Origin: Lama guanicoe
Lineage: Eukaryota
Direction of reading: 5' to 3'
Length of the DNA: 64,000 nt
Assembly (NCBI GenBank): GCA_013239625.1
Contig: MU054187.1
Coordinates: 18,344,711-18,408,710, forward strand
A model generated the notes under the pieces. The model did not search any database and was not told the origin of the DNA. It was given only the letters and a program-made list of their open reading frames with translations. This document shows positions 12,686-24,790 of this stretch, piece after piece. The stretch's first letter is position 1. The number at the start of each line of letters is the position of its first letter. A program made the translations under genes and the position numbers.

Positions 12686-14230
12686 AGTGTATTCGTCAAG
12701 ATCTCTTTGGCTACAATTTGACAGAAAATCCAATATAAATTCATTTTGAATGGCAAAGAAGGTCATTGCCTCACTGTGTCAGAGACTGAATTGTTCCCCA
12801 GTATCCCATAGCCATATAAGCCCCGTGATTACTTGAGCATTTGGCCACCCAGAATAAAAACTAACTTCCCAGCCTCCCTCACACTAAGCTTTAACCAGCA
12901 AGATATAAGCCAAAGTGTACTTGGCAACGTCTAAGAATCTTCCCCAAGAGACAGCACATGTGGTATATATACTTTGCCTTCTTCTTCCTCATGCCCTCCT
13001 CCTTCTACTCGTCTGGAAAATGGATGCCATTATCTGAGACCCAGAGGATCAGGTCCATATCCTAGAAATAGTGAAGTGATTATCTGAAAGAATCCTGGGT
13101 TCCTGTGGACTTCATAGAACATGATTCCCCACCTCAGCCCTGACTTGTATTCTTACAGACTTTTCCATGAAAAAGAATTAAGCATCTAAACTGTTTAAGT
13201 CATAGTGACTTTAGGTCTGCATGACTCACAGCAAAACATGACCTTAATAGAAAACTCATATAGTGAGAAGTCTTGCGGTAGGGTGGGTTTCAGGAATGGT
13301 GTGATCTAGCAGCTCTGGCTCCATTCCTCTGTGATACCCTTGGCCTCTGCTCTCCTCCATGATGGAGACTTATCTCTGACTGGTAATGATATAGATGTCG
13401 TGGTCCTGGACCTCACATCTGCACATGACAGGAATCTAATGGGGGAGGGGAAAAGTAGCTTCCAGAAGTTTTCCCAAGAAAGAGAAAAAGAATGTACCAA
13501 GAAGTCCCCAACAAACCTCTCCTCTTGTACTGGGGCCTGAATTGAATCCTGAAAGAGTCACTGACAAGTAGATAGATATTCCTATACTCTTAGACCAAAT
13601 AGAGCCACCCCTAGAACAGGGGATGGGCTGAGATTTGTCTAGGCCAGGTACGTGAGCTGGTGGTGGAGCGCTAAACAAACTGAAGCTGTGTTAGGAAGGA
13701 AGAAAAGTAATGTTCTGGTTACTTACAAGCAGAGCAAACCACCCAAAACTTGTGGCCTGTAAACAATCTTCACAACAATCTTATTTCACTTACAAGTCTG
13801 CCATTTGGGCAGTCCTCAGCAGGGACAATTCTTCTCTGCACCACGTGGCATCCACTGGGGAAGGGGGTGCCTGAAGATGACTAGGAGCTCGTCAGCATCT
13901 CTGTCTGTCTTTATGGGGTCGCTGCATGGCCCCCCTGGCCCGGCAGCTTCCGAGTCACTGGATTTCTTACATTGCAGCTCAGGGCTCTGAAGACACGTGT
14001 CCCAAGATAGTCAGGGAGGTGCTGTGTAGACTTTTCTAACTTCACCTCACTTTGCTCACATCCTGTTTGTACAGGAAGTCACAAGGCTCCCCCAGCCTCA
14101 AGGGGTTCCATGGCAAGACTCTGGAAGGGTATACGAGGCTGAAATGATTGCTGTGGCTTATTTGGGGAAGTGCAACCTACCATTAAGTGAATGGGCCATC
14201 GATGACACGGTGACACCAATGACATCCACC
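12686..14230. mobile_element. Nested cluster of MaLR (MLT1-type) LTRs
   Basis: Host element 12686-12775 and 13255-13708, interrupted by an opposite-orientation MLT1 at ~12776-13252 and followed or interrupted by another at ~13710-14182; typical MLT1 motifs. Confidence 0.65.
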
Positions 14231-14622
14231 ACCTGGCAACAAGACATATCTTTAGACATCTATCTGCTTGCTGTGCGAGGCAGTCAGTGCTTTAAGACTT
14301 AGGCAGGTGCTGCAGCAGATGGCCAGGGTATGCCAAGAAGGCAGGACTGGTGGTGGCCCGTGAAGAAGGCAAATGGTATGTAAACAGAGAAACGTGGACG
14401 TGGGGGTTCTGGTCATCGAACAGGTAAATAAATCCTGAGACACACCAAGTGCACAGCTGAGAGAATTCCAGAATAAGGGACCAGGTAAGGACATCCAGAG
14501 GAACAGGAACCTGCGCAACCAGTCGTTAATGTCTTCCATTATTAAAGATTTATAATAATATTTCCCTAGGGCGCCCCTTTAAAAACTGTTGGAAAAACAA
14601 TATAAATAAATAAAGTGAGTGA

Positions 14623-14673
14623 CAGGCAGGCAGAGAGGCAAGCAGGCAGAGGCACAGGCAGGCAGAGGCACAG
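14623..14673. repeat. Minisatellite, ~3 x CAGGCAGGCAGAGGCA
   Basis: Direct observation of imperfect 16-mer repeats. Confidence 0.85.
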
Positions 14674-17600
14674 TCAGATGAGTGAAGGAGAGAGAAGTGA
14701 AACGCATGCATGGCGGGGGCCCCTGTTGGGAGCTGCCAGCTGGCAGGCTTGACCCAAATGCCTGATGACATCCACTGCTGCGGCGTGATGCCATTCCTGC
14801 CGACTTCCTGAAAGTGAAAGGACTGATCTGAAACGACCAGGTGCCCTCAGCCTGTTTCACAGGGAAAACCATCCTGTTTCTCAGCAAGCTAGGTGGGGAG
14901 GTTGAGGCCAGAGGTGCCCTGCCCCTGCCCAGGGACTCTGGTCACGCCGAGACGTTCAACGTCCCATCACACCTACAACCTGGTTTAGATTTAGACGCTG
15001 GCCTTGCAGAGCACGGTCTGTTTATAGCAGTGGGTCCCAGCCTCGGCTGCACACTTGGATCCACTAGAGGACTTTTATAAAATTACAGACACCAAGGTCT
15101 CCCGCCAGACTCCATTTAATTGAGCTTGGGTGTGATCTGCACAAGGGGGTTATTTTTATTCTCCCCGAAGTGATTCAAAATCATTTCTCTACAGCCCAAG
15201 CTCCCCAGCAGGACTCTTAGAGAACAAAGTCTTGAAGGCTTAGGACCTCGGCGCTCATCTTCATCAGCGGAATCTCCACCTTGTCGTCGTGTTTAACTAT
15301 TTGTCTGCAGGTGAATCAGCGAGAACTCTCTGCTGGGAGGGGAAAAGCTGGCCATTATATTTGTATTTTGCTAACCTACCAACTATGTAGAAGTGACTGA
15401 TGAGTTTTTTAAATTTCCGATCCAGATGTGAGAGATTCTCAGGGGAAAACTCTTCTGTGGTCTGGCACTCCTAATAGGAAGAGACAACTTTGTTATTAGA
15501 CGTTGAGGAATTTGAGCCTAAAAAAAATCCAGTCTGGGAGTTTGTACATCAGATTTACTTTTCTCCAAATCGGTCCCTGCCTGTGACAAAACAGCAGAAA
15601 TATTCTCACTTTTGACATAAGATTTCCAGTGAGTCCACAGTACATTTTCTGATTGTGCATTGAGGCGCTGGCAGGAATTAAGCAATTTTAGAAACAGAAG
15701 CTCACGGGAATATTCCTCCCACGGCTTACACTCTAGTTCATCAGTACGATTACATCATGAGTTAAGAAATGCTTTCTGGGGACATGCCAGCCACCAGCCA
15801 GTCGTGACTTTTCCACAGCTACTTCAGGGATGTCCAGATCAGCACTGAGGGACTCCGAGACAATGTTTCAGAGCTGTGGGTCACAGCTTCTACCTGGGTG
15901 GTTTGGAGACTTGTGGAAACAGGAGGGTAAATCTCAGTTGAGGAACGAGACAGGAATCAGGCAGGAACTCAGAAAACAGTGATCTCCATGATCCTGGAGC
16001 TTGGCTGGACCTAGTTCCTAACTGGATGTTATCAGTTCTTGACACACCCGGGCCAGGTATCTATCAGCTGGCACCAGATGTTTCCTACTGCAGGCTGACT
16101 GCTGTCAGCGCTGCAATCCTGTGGCAAAAAGTGTGTGAAGAACGAGACTCAAGCATCGCCTGGGGGCTGCCCATCTCTTGCAGGAACTGACCCTGACCAT
16201 CGGACCCCACAGTTCCGCCTTCCCCATCACAGGGAGGCGTCAGACTTCACAGATTCTTCCGCTTGGAAATGCCTTCCTCTTCCAGGGGCCATCCTGCCTC
16301 CTCCGTGACCTCAATGGGTGTTGAGAAACTACCACTCCTCGTGGCAAGAGCTATGCCTACCCTCTGCTCTCTCTACCTGTCTCGGATTCACGCCTCTGCG
16401 TGTGCCCCAAAGTAGATAATATTCTGTCCCTCGCCTGAACGCCTGGTCTTGCATTTTGTCTTTGCTTTTGGTTTTGGTTTTTGCTGTATTGTCATGATTG
16501 CCCGCCCACTTCTCCTTCATTTCAAATCACTTTGTGCCTGGATCACAGGAGCTATGAAATCTTGGGGGATTTTCTTTCTCCGCAGTGTGCACGCCCCGGG
16601 CAGGAACGGCCCCCCTAGCCCACATGTCCCCAGGAGGAGGCCATGAGCCCCAGTGCGACAGCCTGACTGTCAGATTCATTGATGCAGAGCAGGCACACAG
16701 TGAGCCGAAGGCACGTGGAGCCAGGCCAGGTAAGTAGATTTAAAAGGAAAAACTCCCAGTGTGGGGGAGAGGGATGGACTAACCCCTGACTCACACCCCC
16801 TCCTGGCTGCGCATCCTGCACAGAATCGCACAGCCCGCTTCATTATTCAAACCCACCGTGAACACTCGACTGCGGTAACACCTGCGGGCCTCGCACCTGC
16901 CTCCGGGTCCGCAGCATTGCAGCAGAACAAGAGGTTGGAACGTAACAGCCTCTTGCGGTGGTAAGATTATCAATAGGGTCTGGCAGAGTGGGTGATGTCT
17001 GCACAACTAGTTAGTGAGCCCCTGATTGTTGGTTTATATAAAATGAGATTAATGAAACAACCTATTCAAAAAGCCATACCCATGCTGGCTCTGTTATTAA
17101 GCCAGTCTAAAGTGCAACACAACACAAAGCAAAAGGTGTGGTCCTAAGGTTAGGAATCAAATTGTGGCCTTAAAGTGTGGGTTCATCGGGGAACCCCTCT
17201 GCGCCTCCATGCTCTGCTCTGTAAAATGGAGGATGCGGACAACGCCCAGTTAGGAAGTCAATGGTGACGTGGGTGTTGGGAGGTGGAGAAAACTGGGGCT
17301 TCAGATTCAGGTGGCCTTGCATTTAAAAGCTGGGACTCCCACCTACTCCAGAATGGCAGTCTGTCTCCAACAGATACAGCCTTCTTCCAAACCAGCCTTA
17401 GCCCATCTCCGATGCTCCACACAGGCATCTCTTAAAATATTCCCCAAAGCCCTGGATACCCAGACACCTGGCAACAAAGAGGCAGAATGGTGAGCTGAGG
17501 AGCTTCCCCAGATGATGCAGGCTCGAAGCTACACTTGTCAAAACACAACTTCAGAGCAAGGGCAAGTGTATCGCCTCCAGCCAGAACCTAGTAGAACACA

Positions 17601-18037
17601 CAGCACGTGGCTTCTTCTCCCTGGGTTCCAGGGAGTTGGGCTGAATGTGACTCTGATCCCCCTCCACTCCCTGAAGGCTCCACATTTCCCAAGTGAGCTG
17701 AGGGTAGCTGGCATTCTAATCAGAGCCATGTGTATCTTTGCTTTAATGCCGGAAGTTCAAGAGTGATCATGTCATTAAGGGTGGCGATTTGAGCTGCTGG
17801 CTATCGTTGGAGATACCAGCTCTGGAGAGACAATCTGGTGATGCTCAGGGGGAAATGGGCCTTCTGAATTAGTAATTAACAACTGTTAATGTCACAATCT
17901 GGAACTTGGATTTAGCCATTGATAATGCATTGGAAGTCACAGTCCCTGGGTGGAGGTTCCCACTTAGCCATTTATTGATCTGTTGGGCAAATCATTGAAA
18001 CTCTCTCAGCTCCAATCTCCCCATCTGTAAACTGTAG

Positions 18038-18239
18038 TTTTTTTGGCTTTTTAGGGTTTTTTAAAAATGATTTTCACCTGTTTCTTTTGGATTTTTTTTT
18101 GGAGGTGCAGCACAACAGGTAATTAGGGTTTTGTTCTGGTGTTTTTTTGTTTGTTTTTTTAATGGATTTACCAGGGATTGAACCCAGGACCTCCTGCATA
18201 TTAAGCACATGCTCTACCACTGAGCTATACCCTTCCCCC
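18038..18239 (-). mobile_element. tRNA(Ala)-derived SINE, camelid Vic-1-like
   Basis: Minus strand reads GGGTATAGCTCAGTGGTAGAGCATGTGCTTAATATGCAGGAGGTCCTGGGTTCAATCCC, then an A-rich linker and CCTAATTACC tail. Confidence 0.88.
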
Positions 18240-19209
18240 ATCCCCCATCCCCCCCAAAGATGTAGATTTATCATTATTAAGTTTGCCAATCACGCACAGT
18301 TAAAATGACAGCAATTGGAGCATTCTGGTTCCAATATTAAAATAATCTAGGGGCTAACATGCTGTAGAGCAGAGCATAGGAGCTTTTGAGTCACAAGACA
18401 AGGATAAGGCTCTTAACCATTCTGAGCGTCTGTTTCCTCTTCCATAAAATGGGCTGGTCAAGGGGTGCTGAGTCGGGCAGCCCTGGGCTCATAGCTCAGG
18501 AGTCTCAGGTTTCTTCACTGTTTAGTGGGACTAATATTACCTATTTTTGCATGTAATTGCAGTTTTTAAATAGAATAACAAATGCATGTAAAGAATCTTC
18601 CAGAGAGATGCCTAGCATATAAGATGCACTTAATAAAAAGAATAAAATGGAAACTATTATGACAATTATATGTTCATATGCCTTGTAATTGTGTGGACGG
18701 TTACACACACATTAGTTCTTATTAATTTCTTCCCCTTCCCCATAATGTCTAAGGATACACAGTATAGTGCCTAAATATTACCTTAGAAAAGTAAATAAAT
18801 TCAGTTATGGTCAGAACACAATAATTCAAATAATCATATTTGGAAGGTCAAGAGCTTGGACTGGACTAGGAGTCAGGCTGCTTGAGCTAAATCCCACCTG
18901 TGTGACCTCAGACACGTCACTTCACCTCCCTGTGCTTCAGTTTTGTCATCTCTAAAACGGGATGATAACTGCAGCTATCTCACATGGTCGTTGCGAGAAT
19001 TTAAAAACCTTAATTAATTAAAACATGAGAAGTCTTTAGAAAGTGCCTAACTCACAGTAACTGTTCAGTTGATGTTGAGTATTTTATTGCTGTGTGCTGA
19101 TGGCTATGCACATAATACTGTGTTAAATCATAGGTCCCTCTGCCATGTGTAATTCTTTCCCTAAACGACTTACAATCTAAGGAAAAAACAGACCCTATTC
19201 AACCATCCT

Positions 19210-19380
19210 CTGGGCTTCCCTAGTGGTGCATTGTGCAATTTTGAAAAAGCTGTCTTTCTTGACAGCTTCTTGTTACTTGCTAGAAATTTTTCAAAATAAA
19301 TAAGTAATAATTATTCATGTGAGTGACGCCCCCCAGATTTGTGCAGTACACAACCTTAACAACTATATACGGGGACCCAA
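19210..19380. mobile_element. MER91-like hAT-Tip100 MITE
   Basis: GTGACGCCCCCCAGATTTGTGCAGTACACAACC resembles the MER91 arm. Confidence 0.55.
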
Positions 19381-19757
19381 TATAGCTAGACATAAAAAAT
19401 ATGTGTGTTCGCACTCATGCATGTATGCCCAAGCACGCATCTTATTAGCAGCAGAATAAAGGACCAAGTGAAAGAGGATGGGTGAGCATGAAGGAAGACT
19501 TTGTGGAGAAAGTCACGTTTAAACTGGGCCTTGAGAGATGAGAAGAAATTTGCCAGGTCGAATTGAGGGCTAGAAGCACAGAATGAAAAGGGAAGTCTAA
19601 GCAGAGGAAACAAAACAAGCGAAGTTCGAAAACATAAGTACGTCTGTAGGCCAGAGAGAGGAGCTTGATGTGTGAACAGAAAAGGGTGGTAGTTTGGGCC
19701 TGGTAAGGTGGGGGAGGGGTGGGAAAGTGCTAAGAAATTTGTGATTAGGTCATTATC

Positions 19758-19935
19758 GCTCAAAATGTAGACGCTGCTCCCAACAGACCCCCTGGATGTA
19801 TGTGTTGAAATGCAGGTTCCTGGGCCTCACCCCAGAATCCCTGAAGCAAGCTGTCTGGAGGAATCCTGGGACTCTGCATATTTAATATGCACCTCGAACA
19901 ATCTTTATATTCAATAAAAGTTTGAGAACCACTGT
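19758..19935. mobile_element. MER5-like hAT-Charlie MITE
   Basis: GAAATGCAGGTTCCTGGGCCTCACCCCAGA...AAAGTTTGAGAACCACTG. Confidence 0.8.
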
Positions 19936-22900
19936 TGCAGGGAGCAGGGAGCCATCCCAAAGTTCTGAAATGGAGGACCGCCCAGAATAAGTTAGTTTAG
20001 CCTGGCACTTCCCTCCCAGTGGATGGAAGGGAAATTTTACATGATAGGAGGTGACCCAGTGGGCTCAGGGGGTCCTCTTCTGTGTCATGGAAACAATGCA
20101 TTGACCCTGGAAGCCCAAGAGTTAGAAGAAATTGGCCAACTCTGGGAGTTAGGAAAGTGAAAGGAAACTGGAAACAACACCTGTTTATCAAAGACAGACG
20201 GGCTGGGTCAACTTTTGTTTGTACACCCCACCAAAGAACATACGTCACATTTAAAAAGAACAGTATAAATATAAAAAAATCTCCAGGGAATATTGTTGAT
20301 TGAAAAATGCAAGTGACTGAACAGAACTTATTGTCTGATACTCCTTTTTGTAAAGCAAATTCACATACAGACACACAAAGCCATGTCCCATAACATGTCC
20401 CTCCCTGTGCACACACATGTACATAAATACATGGGGAATGTTCTTCACTGATAATAACCGTGGCCTCTGAGAACAAGTGAGGCTTAAGAAGAGTGGTCAA
20501 GGGAAACTCAGGCTCATCACACCACGTCACTTTTATAAGGAGAATGTAGTCACGTATTCCCATGAAAAGTGATTTTGGGAAGAGATCACAGATTGAAATG
20601 CTTTGAAGACAAACTTGTCCCTCTTCCCAATTTTGTTCCCAAGCCAGCACTGACCAAGCACCCCCATGTGTGTCTCCACCGAACCAGACCAGAGATGGAG
20701 ACCAGGCAGGACTAAGCCTGCCTCCCAGTAAACCAGGATGGGCTGATACGACTAACCTGAATAAACAAAGGAAATAGAAGGCTCTTAAGAGGACCATCTC
20801 ATTCTGCACAAGATTGTCTCTGTAACCAGTGTGAAATAGTCCTCATTTACTAAGTTTCAGTTGTTGCTGGGCAACCTGGCAGGAAGGATTTTCATTGCAC
20901 CAAAACTTTATAGCTTTGAAAAAAAAAAAAAAAGGAGTGTGTGACCACGCCACCAAGGTAATAAAGAATGAAAAGCCCAAGTGTGCATTTTTTCCCTCGT
21001 ATGTTTTATATTCTCTCTAGCATCATGGACCGGGAAGGATATCCTGCTAGGAATCATTCATGAAGTAGGTCTTCCGCTGGGATTTGCACCAAGGGCTGTA
21101 GCAGCATAAATAGCAAGGTAACACTTAATTTTCCATGCACAGCCACCGTTAATTCATGCGCTACTCCTTACAAATGCCTGGAGTCAACCCAGGAAAACCT
21201 GTTGGAGTCACACTCAAGAAATTGCCTGGAAGCCAAACTTTATTGTTAAATTGAATTAAGTGTTTTGTGTGTCACTTTTTGAAAAGTAAACTTCATGACA
21301 CATTTACCAGACCAAAAACTGCAGAAATACTTAAGGTTTTGCTCTTTGGTGACTGAGGCTAGTATTGTGTCTCGATGCTATAGCAGTAGGCTTTCCGTTG
21401 AGGGATTATAGAACATGATATTTAAGGTAACTATGGGTTATTATAAAATGGGTCCTCTGATGCTGTCCAGCCAGTTTTTCTGTTATCCCCAAGGCAGAGT
21501 GGTTACGTCCAATAAGTTCATAGCGGTGGCTCATTACTTTGCAAATCTATTCTCCCGAGTGACTGAGCATGTCACTCATTGCTCTTGGAATTGCCAGCAT
21601 TGCTGTGTCCTCTTCCTTCTCCTCTGCACGTTACTTACAATAGAACAGGACAAAATAACCCTTTAAACTAGAAGGTATCTTGTGTTTTCCATTTTAAGTG
21701 CCCTTAGTCCATAGTTAGTATGGGTTCTCTAAATAAATATTAAGCCACCCAATACCTGTGAAATACAATATGATGCATAGAAATGTGCAAACCACTTACC
21801 AGATAGTGCACTACTAATTTAAAAAGGAACAATGGAAATTGAATTACTCAGGGCTTGGGGTTCACATGTAGAAGAGTTGAGTTCTTTCAAAGCAAGATCC
21901 ACTTGAGCTGAAGAGATTGTGGGCTTACACTCACTAAAAGTTTTGGACCTACAGTTGAATAATATATGAAAAAATTCTGGATCAATTCAGCCACTGGATC
22001 AAGAGTCCATGGACATCGTGATCTTCCTTTCAAAAGGCAGCTCTTTAGCAAATTAGCTATAAGGACAGAGAATGTGGTCAGAGAGATGGGAGACAGCCAT
22101 TTCCTCTACTCTTACTTTAAAGCTCTTTTCTCTAGGGAATATGTTGATTAAACAACATTGATTAATTTGTATAATAACTGTCATAGAGCATCCACTCTGT
22201 AAGTGCTGAAGACACAACTGTGTATTACATACAACTTCTACCTTCTAATGAGACAAAAAGAGATAAGTTAACAGTTGAGTGCTAAGGTCGGAGGAGGCAC
22301 TGCTTACTACAGTAGGGTCCTCAGAGGAAAGAACCCTAAAATCCCATCTTTGAGGCTCTGGGAAGCATCTCAGAGGAAATGTCATCTAAGCAGACGACTG
22401 AAGAACAATTGATCAATGAGAAAGGATTTAGGCTGCAAGTAACAGCAAAATCTAACTTGGGGTTATTTTAGCATATAGCAGCAAGACTGGAGGTAAGCAG
22501 CACCTTAGAATTCTACCTCAATCCATGCTTTTCACTAAATGACCCCACCTGATCACAGCTTGATGTGCTGGGTCTGAGAAACAGTCTCCTATTAAGTGGA
22601 TGGTGCAGAACTCCATGTGAAGAGGCACATCTATGGGGTTAGAGCTGGCCAACCCAATGAGTCCCACTATATTGGGGGGTTTTAATGTGGCCCATACAAA
22701 GGGAATTTGCAGACCATTGAGTGGAGAAGTTCTAGGAGGAAAAGCAGAGATGTAAAGTTTTTGAATGGTCTAGAAGAACCCGTTCATGCATTCTTTTCTT
22801 AAATGGGTCATGATTCCATTGGATTTATTACACTTAGTGATGAACATGTTTTATTGTTGTGTCAATATTTCTAAAACCCTAGTAATAAATCCTTGACAAC

Positions 22901-24321
22901 CATTTAAAACGATGATGAAAAATATCAGCTGCCCTTTTTTTTTTTTGAATGTTCAAAACTTCAGTTAAGGGATATGGAGGAAAAATCTTGAAGACTGAAA
23001 CTCAAATGGAAAAACTATGACCCAAGAGACATAAGAGGAATCTGCCGCAATGGATGATGCTGATAAGCAGAAACTCCATCAACAGCACACTAACAATAAA
23101 AACCACAGCAACCTTTATTCAGTGCAAGGTCACATTTAGCGAAGTTTCAAGAGGTGAAGAGGGGCAGAAAGGCGTCCGAAATTCCAAAGCACAATAATTC
23201 AATTACTACAGGATTTCCAGTTATCCATCAGCTGCCTTGTTTCATCCCGTATTTCTCCATGAATGACTGTCCTCACTCAGAGTTTCCAAGGCTTTAGCTA
23301 TCAGCTTACCATCTTAATAATAATCCCTGTGTGCTGTCACCAGGATAATTATTTACTTATTATTGCCTCCAAAATCAACTCATTTTTTTCTTATTTTTAG
23401 ATTTATACTAAGAACTTATATCCTTAAAATAATGATGTGATGTGTTAATTATACTTTTTCTAATACATAATAAAACAACAGAACTTTAAAAATTAAAGGT
23501 CCCCTATTGTGCCAATTAAACATTCTGTGCATCTGCCCGTGAAACTACCAAGAAATATTGTTCTGACTTAATTGCCAGTGAGCTAAACCTGCGATTTTCC
23601 AAAAACTGGTGGACATAACTGTCTTTACTCAGGAAGGAGAAGGGGGCTACTTCATCAACCTGAAGAATTTAAATCTGTCTCCAAGCTGAGAGAATATGTT
23701 TGGTTAAAGGAAATGCCCCACCCCCAGCCCCAGTGACCAGGATGGTCAGTTTTTCTCTCTCAACAAAGAGATAAAACTATAACGTACACTAGCTTTGAAT
23801 AATGCATTCCATTTGCTACTTTGCCTGGGCAAACTATCTGTTATAAAACAGTTGGACCTCTTGCATAACTAACTTCAGCTGAACTTCAGTGACACCAAAA
23901 TAAGAATGGGAAAAGCTCCTAAACATGTCTTTAGTGATATTTAAGTTTGAGTCAATCAGTTAAAAAAGAAAAATAATTGGCCTATAGCCAAAAGTCCGGC
24001 AGTAGCTTTAGGCTTTTTCAACTCAAAAGTGGGGATGAGAGGGGAGAAAGGGCAGGCAGAGAGAGAAGAAAGACAGTAAAAAATGAGAAATGGGACATAT
24101 GCTAGATTTTCTGACTATGAAAAATTATTAGCAATTATTGAATTTAGACAATTATTTATTTACATAGATGCTTCATTTCAATTTGCTATTGCAACCTTTA
24201 AATAGCTTGCCCCCAAAAATTTTAGGCAGCTTATGATATATATGTTTATCATATATATGATAGAAATACGTAAATACATCTTGGAAATGGGGAAATAAGG
24301 ATAGAAAAAATAAAGACAGAA

Positions 24322-24790
24322 TTTTTAAAATTTTTTATTGAAGTACATTTGATTTACAATGTTTCAGGTGTACAGCAAAGTGATTCAGTTATACATATAC
24401 ATATATATTTTTTCTTTTCATTCCTTTCCCCATTATGTGTTACTACAAGAAATTGAATATAGTTCCCTGTGCTATATAGCAGGTCCTTGTTTTTTATCTA
24501 TTTTATATACAGTAATGTGTATCTGTTAATCCCCAACTCGTAACTTATCCCTCCCTTCTCCTTTCCCCTTTGGTAACCATAGTTGGTTTTCTATGTCCTG
24601 TGAGTCTGTTTTTGGTTTGTAAATAAGATTTGTATCATTTGTTTTAATTCCACATATAAGTGATATATGATATTTGTCTTTCTCTGACTTACTTCACTTA
24701 GTATGATAATCTCTAGGTTCAGCCATGTTGCTGCAAATAGCAATATTTCATTCTTTTTATGGCTAATATTCCATATATGTATATACCACA
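24322..24790 (-). mobile_element. L1 3' end
   Basis: TTTTTATTGAAGTAC...TGACTTACTTCACTTAGTATGATAATCTCTAGG...ATATACCACA; degenerate AAAGACA(G/C)A TSD. Confidence 0.92.

Noticed and set aside
19997..20809. 270-aa minus-strand ORF, the longest in the track
   Set aside because: Non-ATG start, Leu/Phe/Cys-rich random-like composition, no recognisable domain or exon structure; consistent with chance.
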